From positions 1 through 39,039 of the IMG/VR virus record IMGVR_UViG_3300048762_000133: DNA of 39,039 bases. The stretch is one strand, 5' to 3'. A model generated the notes under the pieces. It was not told where the DNA came from, ran no database searches, and saw only the letters and a program-made list of their open reading frames with translations. This stretch comes from a virus. Lineage: Duplodnaviria; Caudoviricetes. A program made the translations under genes and the position numbers. The stretch's first letter is position 1, and every line of letters begins with the position of its first letter. Positions 37,106 through 39,039 of this stretch are shown here, in pieces.

Positions 37106-38539
37106 CTATACCACATAAGATGCAGACACACAAGTTATTTTATCGCCTATTTTAATATCTTTAGCCTTAACCCATTTGCCATCCACGTAAACAGGGGTAT
37201 TCCTGCTTAATTCTATAGACCTTCCCCCTTTTGTTTTTATCTTCAGGCACCACTTACTTCCAGTATCAATAACTTTGGGGGTCTCTATTTTAGGTTCGCC
37301 TGAGGGAAGCGTAATTGACAATAATTCCGCATCCTCTTTTTTATAAATGTCATAAATAGGCCGCATGCCTCGGGTAGTCTGGATAAGCGTCCCACCTGTC
37401 ACACATTCGTAAAGGTCAGATAATTGTGGCTCATTTCCCTCGCGCTGTGTGACCGCACGGCTCAGTTGGTGCGCCGTGATAAGCGGTACGTCGAGGTCCA
37501 TCGCAATAGCCTTGAGTTGCCGTGAAATATACCCAAGCCGCTCATTTGCATTTTTGCCGTATTCATCGGCCATGATGCCCAGATAGTCCACGAATATCGC
37601 GGTCAATCCGTACCTGGCCTGCATTTCTACCGCCGCGCTCATTACGCGCGAAGTAGTTAATCTCGCCCCGCGCTTTGATTCCAGGTAATAAACATTACTT
37701 TCAGATAGCTTCCCCAGGGCTCCAAGCAAATCCGAATACATCTGCTCGGAGTATTTTCCCTGTCTTACCTCATGGATGTGGACACCTAGAGCAGAGGCGA
37801 TATCCCGATCTGTCACACTGGATATAGGCATTTCAGCCGAACAAAATAGTACATTCCCGTACTTGCCTTGATGGTTTGCCATCTGTTGGAGCAAGGTAGT
37901 TTTACCGATTCCGGGACGCCCGGCGAAGATTATCAGTTCGCCGTTATAAAATCCGCCTCCGAAGTTACGGTCCAGCCGCCCGAAGGAAGTTTTCACAGCA
38001 ACGTTATTTGTCGCATTGAATAGCGCGGTATATCTTGACTCCATCATCTCGGCCCGCATGTGAGGCGTCACAATGGGCGTGTAGGATGCCTTTTTACGAA
38101 TTGCGAGTAACATGGCGTCCGCCTCATCGAGTGGTTGCGCTACATCGGGCTTTACGGCCATTCCGATTTCTGCGATTGCCTCGCCAGCGGTGATAAGCTG
38201 GCGGAATATAGACAACCTCTTAACGATGTCGGCATAATATCTGACGTCTAATGCCGTAGGTGTGGCTGTTAAAAGATGATTCAGATAAGGCACGCCGCCG
38301 ATTTTATCAAATGCCCCCGCCATTTCGAGTTCTTGCCGGAGGGTGATAAGGTCAATTGACACACCGCGCTTGTAGAGAGCGCTTGCCGCCGCGAATATCA
38401 GTTTGTTGGTATCTGATAGAAAATCCGTCGGCGCGAGTATGCCAGCAATATCTTTATAAACCGGTCCGTCTACCAGGAGGGACCCGTTTACCGCTTCCTC
38501 CGCCTCAAGATCATAGGGTGCGAGTTTTACATCTGTCAT
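37106..38539 (-). CDS. dnaB: DnaB replicative helicase N-extein plus split intein N-fragment (99 aa)
   Basis: PYDLEAEEAV, AGRPGIGKT, VDYL, HQLSR, PQLSDLYE|CVTGGTLI (Cys1 at 37405). Confidence 0.95.
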   Translation of the reverse strand: MTDVKLAPYDLEAEEAVNGSLLVDGPVYKDIAGILAPTDFLSDTNKLIFAAASALYKRGVSIDLITLRQELEMAGAFDKIGGVPYLNHLLTATPTALDVRYYADIVKRLSIFRQLITAGEAIAEIGMAVKPDVAQPLDEADAMLLAIRKKASYTPIVTPHMRAEMMESRYTALFNATNNVAVKTSFGRLDRNFGGGFYNGELIIFAGRPGIGKTTLLQQMANHQGKYGNVLFCSAEMPISSVTDRDIASALGVHIHEVRQGKYSEQMYSDLLGALGKLSESNVYYLESKRGARLTTSRVMSAAVEMQARYGLTAIFVDYLGIMADEYGKNANERLGYISRQLKAIAMDLDVPLITAHQLSRAVTQREGNEPQLSDLYECVTGGTLIQTTRGMRPIYDIYKKEDAELLSITLPSGEPKIETPKVIDTGSKWCLKIKTKGGRSIELSRNTPVYVDGKWVKAKDIKIGDKITCVSASYVV

Positions 38540-39039
38540 TTTAACTCCGGCCAGATGGATTTATAAGGTTGTTTGGCAGGATGTTCCTTTTCGTCTTTTC
38601 TTGCCCATGCCAGGATAGTTGCGTAATGGCTGCTTCTTTTTTTTCCCGTACTCGCCAGCCAAAGTGACAACCCCTCTATCTTGTCGTCAAGGGTTCCGTT
38701 AAACCTTGTTTTTAACTTTTCGTATTCTTCAGATGATAGGATAACGTTCTTTAATTCACCATACCCTATATTTTGTATAGATATATTTACCCTTTGTGTG
38801 TCGAGTGTGTGGCTAACTTTTGTTAGCCGTTTGGCTAACTGGAGTTGGCAGGTGGCTAACTTTTCCTTATTGCCCGAGTTATCCATTTGGCTAACTTTAG
38901 GCACAGGGTTTGAAACAGGTTTGTTATCCATTTGGCTAACTTTAGGCACAGGGTTTGAAACAGGTTTGTTATCCATTTGGCTAACTTTAGGCACAGGGTT
39001 TGAAACAGGTTTGTTATCCATTTGGCTAACTTTTGTTAG
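38536..39039 (-). CDS. Lambda O-like initiator, C-terminal part
   Basis: In frame with 385..1 across the junction; C-terminal NVILSSEEYEKL...SHYATILAWARKD. Confidence 0.85.
   Translation of the reverse strand, partial: LTKVSQMDNKPVSNPVPKVSQMDNKPVSNPVPKVSQMDNKPVSNPVPKVSQMDNSGNKEKLATCQLQLAKRLTKVSHTLDTQRVNISIQNIGYGELKNVILSSEEYEKLKTRFNGTLDDKIEGLSLWLASTGKKRSSHYATILAWARKDEKEHPAKQPYKSIWPELK
38808..39039. repeat. Iteron-like array, probable replication origin
   Basis: About 3.5 copies of a 45-bp unit plus extra GGCTAAC/GTTAGCC motifs inside the initiator gene. Confidence 0.8.

Noticed and set aside
37064-37108. Stop-codon recoding or a single frameshift error joining the dnaB halves
   Set aside because: The halves are out of frame and both frames contain stops in the gap; TAG is used as a normal stop elsewhere in the genome
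38878-39039. CRISPR array or true terminal repeats of a linear genome
   Set aside because: No spacers; the repeats lie within the O-like ORF and the overlap is best explained by circular assembly

Overview
The window is very likely a complete, circularly permuted ~39 kb siphovirus-like phage genome: the last 76 bp repeat the first 76 bp, and a lambda-O-like replication gene runs in frame across the junction. Almost all genes are on the minus strand. Order of transcription: early and replication genes (Zn-ribbon, repeat protein, Gp3-like, HTH, O-like initiator with iterons, DnaB), nin-like accessory genes, phosphoesterase, HNH, DUF4406-like and ParB/methyltransferase genes, terminase, portal, MuF-like protein, protease/scaffold, capsid, neck, tail tube, chaperone with a -1 frameshift, short tape measure, tail tip/fibres, membrane proteins and a papain-like peptidase. 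I recognise no integrase, CI-type repressor, tail sheath or peptidoglycan hydrolase. Most notable observations: (1) dnaB is broken into two ORFs carrying a naturally split intein with reversed charge polarity and no block-B His. (2) A ParB-methyltransferase gene is fractured by an antisense HNH gene, and each new end carries a Cys pair that could rejoin the halves through Zn. (3) A non-autonomous IS1595 element with 25-bp IRs and an 8-bp target duplication carries a strongly promoted poly-Ala passenger gene. (4) An intact IS200/IS605 (TnpA+TnpB) interrupts yopX, and precise excision restores the frame. (5) The prohead protease has ChaB-like and half-ferritin-like N-terminal segments. (6) A cysteine protease lies where the endolysin is expected, hinting at a host without peptidoglycan (inference). 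All family assignments come from motif recognition by eye, not from database searches.
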